The notes under the pieces: generated by a model
What the model was told of the DNA's origin: nothing
Seen by the model: only the letters and a program-made list of their open reading frames with translations
Database searches by the model: none
DNA from: Octopus vulgaris
Lineage: Eukaryota
Reading direction: 5' to 3'
DNA length: 64,000 bases
NCBI GenBank assembly: GCA_951406725.2
Contig: OX597814.1
Span: 1,116,001-1,180,000 of the forward strand
Shown: in pieces, positions 1-12,335 of the stretch
Layout: each line of letters starts with the position of its first letter
Numbering within the stretch: position 1 is the stretch's first letter
Program-made: the position numbers and the translations under genes

Positions 1-543
1 TCTCTTTTCATGGTAACACGTGCTGATGACGTTAAGGTGATTTTATTTATTTTGCCAGTACAGAAACCAGTCCACGTGAATCCTTATACTTAAATGTACA
101 TTAAGAGATTTTATTAACCTGATCTGCTTCGGTTGATTTCTGTGGTTATCATCAGTGTAAATTTTAGCGATTTAAATAAGAGTTTTGACTGTTATTTCCA
201 GCAGGTAGACATACTTAGTATGATACAGCTCTATATTTAGGAATGAGAACCCAGGTCTATATTAGGAATGAGTACCCAGGTATATATATATATATATATC
301 ACCGTGATCGACCAGGCTATCAGATACTGCTACACATCGCTGGTCACAATGCACTTTGCATTGTTTTTAGCCTTCATTCTATTTTCTCGCCCAGTTTATT
401 TTTGTGTTCCTTCCTGTTGAAGAGCATAGGCTCAAAACATAAAAGACTTTCTCACTTTCCGAGCATTAAACTAAATACATCTGTTTGTTATTTACACACC
501 TGTCTTCATCATTTGTTTTTTTGTAAATTCTCACTATATATTT

Positions 544-931
544 AGGCGTAGGAGTGGCTGTATGGTAAGTAGCTTGATTATGAACCACATGGTTCCGGGT
601 TCAGTCCCACTATGTGGCACCTTGGGCAAGTGTCTTCTACTATAGCTTCAGGCCGACCAAAGCCTTGTGAGTGGATTTGGTAGATGGAAACTGAAAGAAG
701 CCCATCGTATATATGTATATATATGTGTGTGTGTTTGTTCCCCCCAACATTACTTGACAACCGATGCTGGTGTGTTTATATCCCTGTAACTTAGCAGTTC
801 AGCAATAGAGTGTGATAGAATAAGTACTAGGCTTACAAAGAATAAGTCCTGAGGTGAATTTGCTCAACTAAAGGCGGTGCTCCAGCATTGCCACAGTCAA
901 ATGACTGAAACAAGTAAAAGAGTTAAAGAGT
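544..931 (+). mobile_element. tRNA-derived SINE family A (AAGAGT-type tail)
   Basis: A box tggctgtatgg, B box ggttcagtccc, internal (TA/TG)n and tail aaaagagt. Many copies across the window. Confidence 0.85.
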
Positions 932-1617
932 AGGTCCAAATATTCTACCTTGTTTCATTTCAAACTGGCTGCATTCAGCCCCTCACAAGTAGCCTACAGT
1001 ATCATTCTAGAAATAAACAATCACATCATTGGCGTTAGGAAGGGCATTCAGCTGTAGAAACATTGCCTGATCAGATTGGAGCATGGTGCAGTGTTCTGGT
1101 TGTCCAGACCTCAGTCAAACCGTCCGACCCATGCCAGCATGGAAAACAGATGTTAAACGATAATGATGATCATTATATTCTTAAAGCTACAGGATATCAT
1201 CATCATCATCGTTTAATGTCCGCTTTCCATGCTGGCATGGGTTGGACAGTTTGACTGAGGACTGTCGAGCCAGAAGGCTACACCAGGCTCCAATCTGATC
1301 TGCCAAAGGTTCTACAGCTGGATACCCTTCCTAACGCCAACCACTCCAAGAGTGTAGTGGGTGTTTTTACATGCCACCAGCACAAGGACCAGTCAGATGG
1401 TACTGGCAATGACCTCGCTCAAAAGGTATTTTTTACGTGCAACCTGCATGGGAGCCAGTCTGGCGGCACAGGCAACGACCACACTCAAATGCTGTTTTAC
1501 ACGTGCCACCGGCACATGTGCCGTTAAGGCAATTCTGGCAATGATCACGCTCGAATGGTGCTTTTTACATGCCACCGGCATGGGAGCCAATCCGTGGACC
1601 TGGCAACAATCACTCTC

Positions 1618-2020
1618 AGATGTGCTTTTAGTGTTCCACTGGCACAAGTGCTAATCAAGCAGTACTGCCATTGGCCACGTCAGCGATTTTGATTTGATTT
1701 GATTTCACTTGCCTCAATAGGTCTTAGCAAGCAAAGTTTATTGTCCAATGAATGAGGGGTACTCATAAGTGGGCTGATTACACCCCATGATTGGATGTGC
1801 TTTTAACGTTCCACTGGCACAAGTGCCAATCAGGCAGTACTGCCATTGGCCACGTCAGCGATTTTGATTTTGATTTGATTTCACTTGCCTCAATAGGTCT
1901 TAGCAAGCAAAGTTTATTGTCCAATGAACGAGGGGTACTCATAAGTGGGCTGATTACACCCCACAAATGCCAATCAAGCGGTACTGCCATCGGCCATGTC
2001 AGCAATTTGGATTTGATTAT
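1618..2020. repeat. About 177-bp tandem duplication (about 2.3 copies) within an RTE-UTR remnant
   Basis: gatgtgctttt...ataagtgggctgattacacccca is repeated. Confidence 0.85.
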
Positions 2021-2430
2021 GTATGATTAATTAAAAGCAGTGTGAATAAATATGCAATATATTTGATAGTAATCTGAATGCTAAAGGGTTAACAGGAGAA
2101 ATCCTTGCTGCTAATAAAACAAACCCCTTTTCAGAACTTCTCCCATCCCTCTGTTATTAAAGCTACTGTATTATCGCCTGTACATCTCCAACGTTAATTA
2201 GGTCACCTAGGTAACAGAAACTACCAACTACTTTTCTCATTGAACCAACAACTGAGCTGGTAATGTACTTTTGTCACTAGGTGTCCTTCATGCTGACTGC
2301 TTTAGTACATCTGCACCAGGTTATGTCCTGGTTCTCTCTCTCTCTCTCTCTCTGTTCTCCTGAAATCTCATTGCATCTTTTGTGTACTCATTGCATTGAG
2401 TTCACAATAAAATGAACAGCAGTGCCAAGT

Positions 2431-2830
2431 GGAGGTGCAATGACCCAGTGGTTAGGGCAGCGGACTCGCAGTCGGAGGATCACGGTTTCGATTCCCAGAC
2501 CGGGCATTGTGTGTGTTTATTGAGCGAAAACACCTAAAAGCTCCACAAGGCTCCGGCAGGGGGTGGTGGCGACCCCTGTTGTACTCTTTCACTCCAACTT
2601 TCTCTCACTCTTTCTTCCTGTTTCTTGTCCCCGACTTCCTACATAACCGCTGAGCCTGGATGCGAATTCATCCATTCGTCGATGCTCTCAGTGTCGGGGG
2701 TTGACCTGCTTTCTCTTCTGCAGGTCTTACGAATAGCAAAGGACCACGTTTTGGACTTCTACAGACAATCCTGAGGCGTGATCTTGCAAGCTCTGGGACA
2801 AAGACCGCTTCGCTCAATAAACAAACAAAA
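2431..2830 (+). mobile_element. tRNA-Arg-like SINE (family C, resembling octopus OR SINEs) with (CAAA)n tail
   Basis: Head ggaggtgcaatgacccagtggttagggcagcggactcgc...ggtttcgattccc. TSD-like aacagcagtgcca on both sides. Related copies at about 59745-60088 (+) and 19463-19755 (-). Confidence 0.8.
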
Positions 2831-3089
2831 CAGCAGTGCCATCCAGATGTCCACTGCTGTTTATTTTATTGATCTCAGATGGATGTAAAACAAAATTGAC
2901 CGTCACACGACTTGAACTCCGAGTGTTCTTTATTAGCATTTTTAGTCTTAACAAAATTGATCTTTACTTGTTTGGATTCTAGACTTCTCATCTAAACACA
3001 ACTGGAGCTAGAACAAATACAGCAAAGCACTTTCTCTGACGCACTAATGATTCTGTAATTCCTTCCAAGTTGATGTAGTTACGATGAAT

Positions 3090-3560
3090 CAGGTTGTTTG
3101 GTGGACAATGCCGAGCGGATTAAGGACAGACACCTTCTTCTTCGGTCCAGTCTCCATCAACCTTATTAAGCTCCACTTGGAAAGGAAAGTGAGAGCGTTG
3201 AGAGGGAAGTACTCACTCCTTGTGAATTTGTCAAAATTGGTTTGAGTAAATGGACCTGCTCTACACATGCACTTGTAGATTGGAGAGCAACAGTTGGCTG
3301 AGGGCTTGTACCCTTCGTGGTCAAGGCAATCCTGGATTTGTGGGGCTCCTTGATTGGCCCTAGCTGGAGGCTTTTTCTGTATCAGTAAGACTGAATCATC
3401 AATGTGTTTACACGTGTTGCATACTATGTATATTTTTTCTTCTTTCCTCCCCCTTCTCCATTTCTTTCCCACATCATATATTTTGACCCACAAACAAATT
3501 GTAAACTGTCCTTGTAATGTCCTCCTTACTTGATGCTCTTGTGGCAAATAAAAGGAGTTA
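3090..3560 (+). mobile_element. Probable L1/Tx1-type LINE 3' remnant
   Basis: The + strand gives a degenerate VVWWT...GLRTDTF...LIKLHLERKVR..EREVL segment, then a pyrimidine-rich UTR, AATAAA and a (TTA)n-like tail. Confidence 0.45.
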
Positions 3561-3968
3561 TTATTGTTATCATTATTGTCAGTGATCATCATCATCATCA
3601 TCGTTTAACGTCTGTTTTCCATGCTGGCATGAGTTGGACGGTTCAACTGGGGTCTGGAAAGCCAGCGGCTGCACCAGGCTCCAATCTGATCTGACAATGA
3701 TTCTACAGCTTGATGCCCTTCCTAACGCCAACGACTCCAAGAGTGTAATGGGTGCTTTTTACATGCCGCTGGCACAAGAGCAAGTCAGGGGCACTGGCAT
3801 CGATCATGTTATTATAATATTTATGTTCTGAGTTCAAATTCTGCCAAGGTCGACTTTGCCTTTCATCATTTCAGGGTCATAAATTAAGTACCAGTGAAAT
3901 ACTGGGTTTGATGTAATCAACTAGTTCTCTTCCCCCAAATTTCAGACCTTGTGTTTATAATAGAAAGG

Positions 3969-4015
<47 letters not shown>

Positions 4016-6470
4016 GGTGGTGAACTTCTAGAATTGTCAGAGCATCAGACAAAATTTTTAACAGCATCTTTTCAGGCTCTTTACTTTCTGAGATAAAATG
4101 CCGACATGCCCACCACCTTCAAAAATTGCTGGCCTTGTGCTTTTAGTAGAAAGGATTATTATTATTACTTTTACTGTTATTCTGCTGAGGTCGACTTTAC
4201 CTTTCATCCTTTCAGGATCAATAAAATAAGTACCAGTCATCAGTCTCTCTCTCTCTCTCACTCCCTCTATCTCCTCTCCCCCTCCCTCTATCTCTCACTA
4301 TCTCTCTCCCCCTCTCTTCTCTCCCTTTCTCTTGTTCTATCTCCTCTCCCCCTCTTCCTTCTCTCTCTCTCTCCACTACTTTCTCTCCCTCCCTCTCTCT
4401 TTCTCTTGCTCTTTCCCTCCCTCTATCTCCTCTCCCCTCTTCCCTCTCTCGCCATCTCTCTCCCCACCTATCTCTCCCTCCCCCTCTCTTCTCTCTCTCT
4501 TGCTTTCTCCTTCCCTCTATCTCCCCTCCCCCTGCCTCCCACTCCTCTTCTCCTCTCTACCTCTCTCTCTGGCTGGTTAACCTTCTACCTCCTCTACATC
4601 AAAGCACCTCTTTCTGTCTCTCTGTCTCACTATACCTCCAATGCCCCCTCCCCTCTCAAAAGATTTTTTTTTGTCTTGCAAGGTACTTGGTGACCCTGTC
4701 AGTGCTGGTGCCACATAAAAAGCACTCAGTCCACTCTGCTGGAAGGTTGGTGTTAGGAAGGGCATCCAGCTGTAAAAACCTTGCCAAAACTGCCCTCACC
4801 TGTGCTTGAGCCATGTAAAAAGCACTAAGTTCATTCTGCTGAGTGGTTGGCATTTGGAAAGGCATCCAGCTGTAAAAATCCTGCCAAAACAGTCACAGAA
4901 GCCCGATGCAGGCTTCTGCCTGGCCGGCTCCTGTCAACCTGTCCCACCCATGCCAGCGTGGAAGGCAGATGTTAAACGATCAAGATGATGATGATGATGA
5001 TAACACTGGGACTGATGTAGTCAACATACCCCCCCCCCTCTCCGCCGCCCCAGACTTGCTGGCCTGGCACCAAAATTTGTAACCATTTCCATCATCATCA
5101 TCATCATCATCATGTTTGTGAGTGTATAAATTAATTTATTTTCCTCCATTCCTGGCAACAATCTTTATTAATTTCCCCCAGGTCTTTTCTTAGATACACT
5201 TAGGCAGATAGTGTAAAATATAATTTTTTTTTTTTTTTTTTTACATTTTTACACTGTTTAAATCTAAAGAAGACAGTTTGAAAAAAAAATAGAAATGAAA
5301 CCGTGAAGAAAATTCGCAGCGTTTTAAGTGCCAACATTGTCACTTTAAAGACGATTGCATGTCTATTCAATTAAAGAGACAGCGAAATATTGTATTGATC
5401 AGATGCATCTAGGACTGGCTTAGAAATGTGAGTTTGGCTGAGTCTGACTGCTGAATTGTCATTTATTAGCATTTCTCCTCACATTACCAAAAGATGAGCA
5501 TCAAAAACTTCCTCTCAAGAACTGACACATCAATTGAAATCAAATAGAAAAAGCAACAACAGAAAAACAGAAAAAAAACAACAGAAGTCTATATATTTCA
5601 CACACATACACACTGTCTGTCTGTTTGTCTTTCTTCCTCTCACTCTTTCTTTTTCACTCTTTCTTTCTCTATTTCTTTCTTTCTCTTCCTTTCTCACTCT
5701 TCCTTCTTTCTTTCTTTCTGTCTCTTTCTCTATCTCTTTCTTTCTTTCTTTCATTCTTTCTTTTTCTTTCTTTTTCTCTCGCTTTCTCTCTCTTTCATTT
5801 TTTCTTTCTCTCTCTCTCCTTCTTTGTTTGTTTGTTTCTTTCTCTCTCTCTCCTTTCTTTCTTTCTCTCTTCCTTCCTTTCTTTCTTTCTTTTTTGTTTC
5901 TTCCTTCCTTCCTTCCTTCCTGTCATGAAAGGCAACCATAATTCTCTCCTACATTCACACTTTCTGTATCCAACACAAACATTAATACTTTAACTCTTGT
6001 TGTTTTTCATTTTTATTATTATTTTGGTGTCCCCTGTATTGTGAGGTTTCTATTGCTGTGCTTTCTTCATTGCAATAAGGTCCCTATTGTTGTTGAGTGC
6101 CCAGTGTTGATAAATCCCTAGTTTTGTGCCATCCACATTTATGGGAATTTTCTCCTGGGACTATTTCTGCAATGGAAGGTCTTGTCACGCTTGAATGCAC
6201 TTAATCATCCCCACCACCACCACCACAAAAAACACACCATTACCCCACATCTATCCTGAAATTATTATCAATCTTGTAAATATTACGTAAATCTGATTCT
6301 TTACTGAAAAAAAGAGTGAGTGGTCATTCAATTAAGTTGGCTGTTTTTATGTATAACACACACACGTGTATGTGTGATTCTCTTTTGAGAGAGAAGTACA
6401 ACATCTCATGATGGCCTTTTGCAATAGAGAACTGTTGCAGACCCTTCCCTCAGTATTTATTGAGAAACTA

Positions 6471-6930
6471 AGGCAGCAAGTTGGCAGAGTCATGAGCAAA
6501 CCAGAAAGAATGCTTAAAGGTATTTCATCTGTCTGGCGGTGAACTGGCAGAAATGTTAGCACACCGGGTGAAATGCTTAGTGGTATTTCATCTGCTGTTA
6601 CGTTCTGAGTTCAAATTCCACCAACGTCAACTTTGCCTTTTCATCCTTTCGGGGTCGATAAATTAAGTACCAGTTACGCGTTGGGGTCGATATAATCGAT
6701 TTAATCCCTTTGTCTGTCCTTGTTTGTCCTCTCTGTGTTTAGCCCCTTGTGGGTAGTAAAGAAATAGGTATTTCGTCCGTCTTTGTGTTCTGAGCTCAGA
6801 TTCCACCAAAGTCAACATTACCTTCCAACATTTTGGGGTTGATAAAATAGCACCAATCAAACACTTGGGGGTGAGGTAATCGGTTTTACCCAGGCCCCAA
6901 AATAGCTGACCTTGTGCCGAAAGTTGAGGC
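6471..6930 (+). mobile_element. Family B SINE, composite, with 20-bp TSD
   Basis: TSD cagtattt(a/g)ttgagaaacta at 6451 and 6931; two core copies and a duplicated head. Confidence 0.8.
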
Positions 6931-7666
6931 CAGTATTTGTTGAGAAACTACCAACTATTATTCATGCAAGGGATTTATCATAGCCTGAGAGATGGTCATA
7001 TACTAAAAGGAAAAAAAACAACAACCCAGCAAAAACAAAACCAACATTCAGCTATTCACGAGCAATAAAATTCATTATTAACAATAGCCATCTTTCTTGC
7101 TTTTGTGTATTTCACATGTAGGGAAGACATGAAAATGTCATGTGTTTTTACATGTGAATACATGAATACAATCAAACAATTGAACAGAAGGATGTATCAC
7201 ACATTTTCATGCGTTTTTTTTCTTTCTTTCTTTCCAAGCCAATAATCAAATGTCAGTGTTCTTTGACCCTTTTCATATCAACCCCACTGGAAACCGCTTT
7301 TGCTTCTCTGATACAAATTCCCTCTTTTAAAAGGATCTAAGTTAAAACCTACCACAAAATTTCATTTTAATTTATATTTTAAACACCAGTTTAAAAACGA
7401 CAAAGTCCTTTTGATAAATATCATTCTTTATTCATTAATTTTTAAACAAAGGCAGTTTTATTTAAGCAAAAAAAAAAAAAAATATAACAAAAGTGGTAAT
7501 ATCTAATATTTCAATGTTTTTACAAATATGTTTTCTTGTTTAATGTCATGCTGCTTCTCCGAAGAATTACAATTCAAAAATCTGCAGCTTCTAAAAATTA
7601 TATATGTAGGTGTGTGTATGTGTGTGCCTGCACAAGTGTGTGTAGATTTAATATATGTGTATATTA

Positions 7667-8061
7667 AAGCGGCAAGTTGGCAGAAACGTTAGCACGCCGG
7701 GCAAAATGCTGAGCAGTATTTCGTCTGCCACTACATTCTGAGTTCAAATTCTGATGAGGTCGACTTTGCCTTTCATCCTTTCAGGGTCGATAAATTAAGT
7801 ACCAGTTATGCACTGGGGTCGATATAATTGACTTAATCCATTTGTCTGTTCTTGTTTGTCCCCTCTGTTTGTAGCCCCTTGTGGGCAGTAAAGAAATAGG
7901 TTTTTCATCTGTCTTTATGTTCTGAGTTCAAATTCCGCCGAGGTTGACTTTGCCTTTTATCCTTTCAGGGTCGATAAATTAAGTAACACTTGTGCACTGG
8001 GGTCAATCCAATTGACTGCTCCCTCTCCCAAAATTTGGGCCATGTGCTTAGAGCAGAAAAG
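7667..8061 (+). mobile_element. Nin/Deu-core tRNA SINE (family B), dimeric, with 17-bp TSD
   Basis: The core gtcgactttgcctttcatcctttcagggtcgataaattaagtaccag occurs twice. TSD aatatatgtgtatatta at 7650 and 8062. Confidence 0.85.
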
Positions 8062-9126
8062 AATATATGTGTATATTATATTAGCTGTACAATTCATTAG
8101 ATTCTAGGCACAACAACACAAAAGATGCCAGAAATGTCCAGGCACAATAACATAGGGTTCTTGGTGAGGTAAAACAACCATGAAAGTATCATGCAGATAT
8201 GTAAGGACCAAATCCAATTTCAACTGCAGATCCAACACTAAACTGGTTCTAGGTGCAGAGACAAGTTTATCTTATTGGTATTTTAGTGCAAATATGACAT
8301 ATATCACTTTTAATAAGTTGCACAGATTCCGTGCTGTCAATGTTTTTGTTGTTTAGCTATTTCTTGTAGGCTAAAAAAACCACATAGAGGTTCTCTCGTT
8401 GGCTCGTGGTTTTGCCAATATATTGTTATTATGGAATTTGGTTTTTCCTTTTCGTTTCTCTCTTTTTTCTTTGATGATGTTTTTCAAATATTTCTTCATG
8501 ATTTCTTCTAAAAGCTTTCAGCTGAATGTTACATTTTCACAGACTTTCTAGAAAAACCTTGAAATATGTTTACCATGAAATTCCAGATTCCCAATAAAAT
8601 GGTATTTGTTCTTATTGTCATTACAGAAACTTTATTTTTAGTTCTGTCTGAAGAGCAAATTCTTGTAAAATATCACACGTAACAATATTTTTATCTTTTA
8701 CTGTCTCAAAATTGCTATTTTGTACAAAAAAGAATGTTTTTCTTTTTCCTTCTTCTCTGAAAAAAACCAACTTTTCCATATTCCAAGCTAAAATTTTGGG
8801 TAAAAATGTTTACCAAACTTTGGAAATGGTAAAATACTCTATAAACATGAAAGCATATGTACTATGCTTGTCTATAATATTGACTTCTGTATTTGGCACA
8901 AGGCCAGCAAGTTCAGGTGAGCAGATAAGCCGGTTCAGCTGATACTTACTGTATCGACCCCGAAAGGAAGAAAGGCAAAGTTGATCTTGACAGGATTTGA
9001 ACTCAAAATGTAAAGACAAAAGAATTGCTGCTTAGCACTTTGTCCGGCATGATAACGGTTCTGCCACCTCTCTGTCTTATGCTTGTCTTTGATATTAGTT
9101 TCAAATTTTGGCACAAGGCCAGCAAT

Positions 9127-9826
9127 TTAACGCTTTCGTTAGTGTATTTATTTTGAGATGCTCTGCGTTTCTTTCAATTAATTTTAAATATGACAAAGAA
9201 TTTAGTAAAACAACTTAGTTATCATTCAGCTAGTGTCAGGAACTTAAATTGTGACTAAGATTTGGTGGAAGATTTTTATTCAAAACTTATGAAAACAAGA
9301 CATTTGTACTACAGAGCCAGAGGTGGTTTCAGCTGGGTTGGTATCAAAAGGGTTAAATATATCATGGTGACTTTAACCCTTTTGTTACCATATTTCTATT
9401 GAGATGCTTTGTGTTTCTTTCAATCAATTTTAAATATAACAAAGAAATTAGTAAAATAAGTTCATTATCATTAAGCTAGTGTTAGGAACATAAATTGTGA
9501 CTAAAGTTTAGAGGAAGATTTTAATTCAAAACTTATGAAAACAAGACATTTGTACTACAGAACCAGAGGCGGTTTCAGCCTGGTTTGTATGAAAAGGGTT
9601 AAATTAGTTCTTTGTTAACTCTTTTGTTACGATATTTCTCTTGAGATGCTCTGTGTTTCTTTCAATTGATTTTAAATATAAACAAAGAATTTAGTAAAAC
9701 AACTTAGTCATCATTCAGCTGGTGTTAGGAACTTAAATTGTGACTAAGGTCTGGTGGAAGATTTTTATTCAAAACTTATGAAAACAAGGCATTTGTACTA
9801 CAGAGCGAGAGACAGTTTCAGCCGGG
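9127..9826. mobile_element. Three adjacent piggyBac-like MITEs (about 230 bp each, TTAA|CCC...GGG|TTAA)
   Basis: Units at about 9127-9356, 9373-9602 and 9616-9826 share sequence. Termini are ttaacccttt...aaagggttaa; the third unit lacks its right end. Confidence 0.8.
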
Positions 9827-9885
9827 TCAGTTGATTACATCAATTCTCAATACACAGCTGGTACTTATTTTACCGAACCCGAAAG

Positions 9886-12335
9886 AATGAAAGGTAAATT
9901 TGATGTTGGTGGAATTTGAACTCAGAATGTAAAAACGGCTGGAATGGCCCTAAGCATTTGGCGTGGCATGCCAATGATCCTGGGTCCCGCTGTCTCATGC
10001 CTGTCTTATAATGTTGCAAGTACTTCTAACCTGATGTATTCTCGTGGGCAGCATTTGATCCGTCCATTTTATGACAGCTAAATAATACACCTGGATTACA
10101 ACATCTAATTGGCGACGACATTTGTTCGTTTGTACATATTTCTATGGAAACGACTATAATTTATTTCCTTTCCAATGTTCTGTATAAATTGCTTTTATGT
10201 CAGTCATGCCTCAAGGGGGGGGGGGAGGGTCTGAAGCTGACCAATGAAACCAACTTTCAGTTTCCTTAGAATATGTCTTGTTATATTTATTTATTTTGTT
10301 ATCAGAGGTGTTTTGTTTTTTGTTTTCTTTTTTCATTCTTTCCCTTGTTTCAGTCATTTGACTGGGGCCATGCTGGGGCCATGCTGGGGCATTGCCTTGA
10401 AGGGTTTAGTCAAACAAATGAACCCCAGCGTTTAGTTTGAAATCTGGTGCTTATTCTCTTTTCACCAAACAGCTAAATTATGGGGATGCAAACAAACTAA
10501 CACTGGCTGTCAAGCAAGGGTGAGGAACACACACACAAACACACACACATGATAGCTTCCAAATTTGCCTGCAAGACCATAATTGGCTCAGGGATATAGT
10601 AAACACTTGTCCAAGGTTCTGCACCGTAGGACTGAACCTGGAACCACTTGGTTACAATGCAAACTTCTTAACCATACAGCCATTCCTGCACCTATCATAA
10701 TAAACATTTGTCAATTTTCTTTTATTGTTTTTTTTTTTCTTCTTTTTTCCCAGGATCTGTCAAATGGCCGGAACTTTACAAATTTATTACTCTCTTTAGT
10801 ATCATGGTGTCTGAAATTCAATTCTTCGAGCGAATCATTACTTACAGAAACTGGTAAGCATAACACTATTTGGTTACTTTTCTTATTAAAGCCACATCAT
10901 GGAATTTCACCATTTTTATGTGGTAGCCATAAAAACTGCGTGGATTAACACTTTGTCCAGGGCATCACGAGTGATAAAGGGGACAGGACCTATTTCCCTG
11001 GTGTCCATGCATTGTTTATGCTACACATTACTGATGTTTTCTAAATCACCAGAACAACTTGGGACTTATGAAAAGAAAGCTTTATATTACAGGGAATGTA
11101 TGAAACAGGATCTAACTAAATGTATGAAAACACGCTTGGACATTTAGGACAAACATATGGAAATACTCTGGACAGGCAAAGGGCTAATTTGAAGGTCAAT
11201 TTTGCGTAAATTTAATAAATGCCAAACACAACACTTGGATTATCATTTCATCATCATCATCATCATGATAAAATGCATTATTTGGATGGAGTTTATTGAA
11301 GCATATTTTCTATGGTTGGATGCCTTTCCTGTCTTCAACCTTATCTGTTTCCAAGTGAAGTAATGTTTCCTTGTGCTGTGTTTTTGCAGAATATCAGTTT
11401 CAAATTTTGGCACAAGGCCAGCAATTTCAGGGGAGTTGGGTAAGTCAGTTACATTGACCTCAGTGTTCAGCTGGTACTTATTTTATTGATCCCCACTCCC
11501 ACCCCCTGCCAAAAGGATGAATGGTAAATTTGATCTTGGTAGAATCTGAACTCAAAACTTAAGGGTGGATAAAAATGCCACTAAGCGTTTTGCCTGGTGG
11601 GCTAACAGTTCTGCCAGCTTGCCTCCTTCTTTTTGAAGAATATTGGAAATGAACGACTCTCATTTACAACACTGAAGCAATGTTCAGACAAGGGAACACA
11701 AACATATTCACCCACTCACATACAACACTCCACTCCGAGTGTGACTCCAGTCCATCACAGAGTTACTCCTTTACAGCTGAGTGGACTATAGCAATGTGAA
11801 ACGAATGAGGTGGTGGGTGGTGAAGCATGAACTTTGAACATTGGGCCTCACAGAGGCAATGATGAAAGACTGGGACCTCTGGAGATATGCTGTAATTGAG
11901 AAGACCTGGCAAGTAATGAAAGGTAAATTTGATGTTGGTGGAATTTGAACTCAGAATGTTAAAACGGCTGGAATGGCCCTAAGCGTTTGGCGTGGCATCC
12001 CAATGATCCTGGGTCCCGCTGTCTCATGCTTGTCTTATAATGTTGCAAGTACTTCTAATCTGATGTATTCTCGTGGGCAGCATTTGATCCGTCCATTTTA
12101 TGACAGCTAAATAATACACCTGGATTACAACATCTAATTGGCGACGACATTTGTTCGTTTGTACATATTTCTATGGAAACGACTATAATTTATTTCCTTT
12201 CCAATGTTCTGTATAAATTGCTTTTATGTCAGTCATGCCTCAAGGGGGGGGGGGGGAAGGGGTCTGAAGCTGACCAATGAAACCAACTTTCAGTTTCCTT
12301 AGAATATGTCTTGTTATATTTATTTAGTTTGTTAT
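9886..12335 (+). repeat. About 420-bp near-identical direct duplication (9886-10302 and 11915-12335)
   Basis: Direct reading shows only scattered mismatches, and both copies contain the poly-G tract. Confidence 0.92.
10754..10853 (+). CDS. LYST: LYST exon (phase 0 to 1): DLSNGRNFTNLLLSLVSWCLKFNSSSESLLTET
   Basis: Acceptor ttttttcccag and donor G|gtaagc. Resembles the N-terminal LYST segment ELLTLLLSLLPLVWK. Its phase matches the next exon. Confidence 0.8.

Noticed and set aside
2431-2505. tRNA genes at SINE heads (also 546-612, 21747-21815, 46485-46558)
   Set aside because: A and B boxes are present, but each continues into a repeated SINE body and tail, and I could not build a complete cloverleaf.
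3089-3601. 170-aa minus-strand ORF as a nested gene
   Set aside because: It begins in a (GAT)n tail, resembles no protein family I recognise, and is better explained as the antisense of a LINE remnant.
5182-5427. Candidate first LYST exon (ccccag ... AAT|gtgagt)
   Set aside because: The frames I checked close before the donor and show no LYST similarity. It could be a non-coding exon, but this cannot be supported without RNA data.
6408-6480. ATG-initiated frame MMAFCNRELLQTL as the LYST start
   Set aside because: It runs into a SINE with no suitable donor and has no convincing similarity to the LYST N-terminus.
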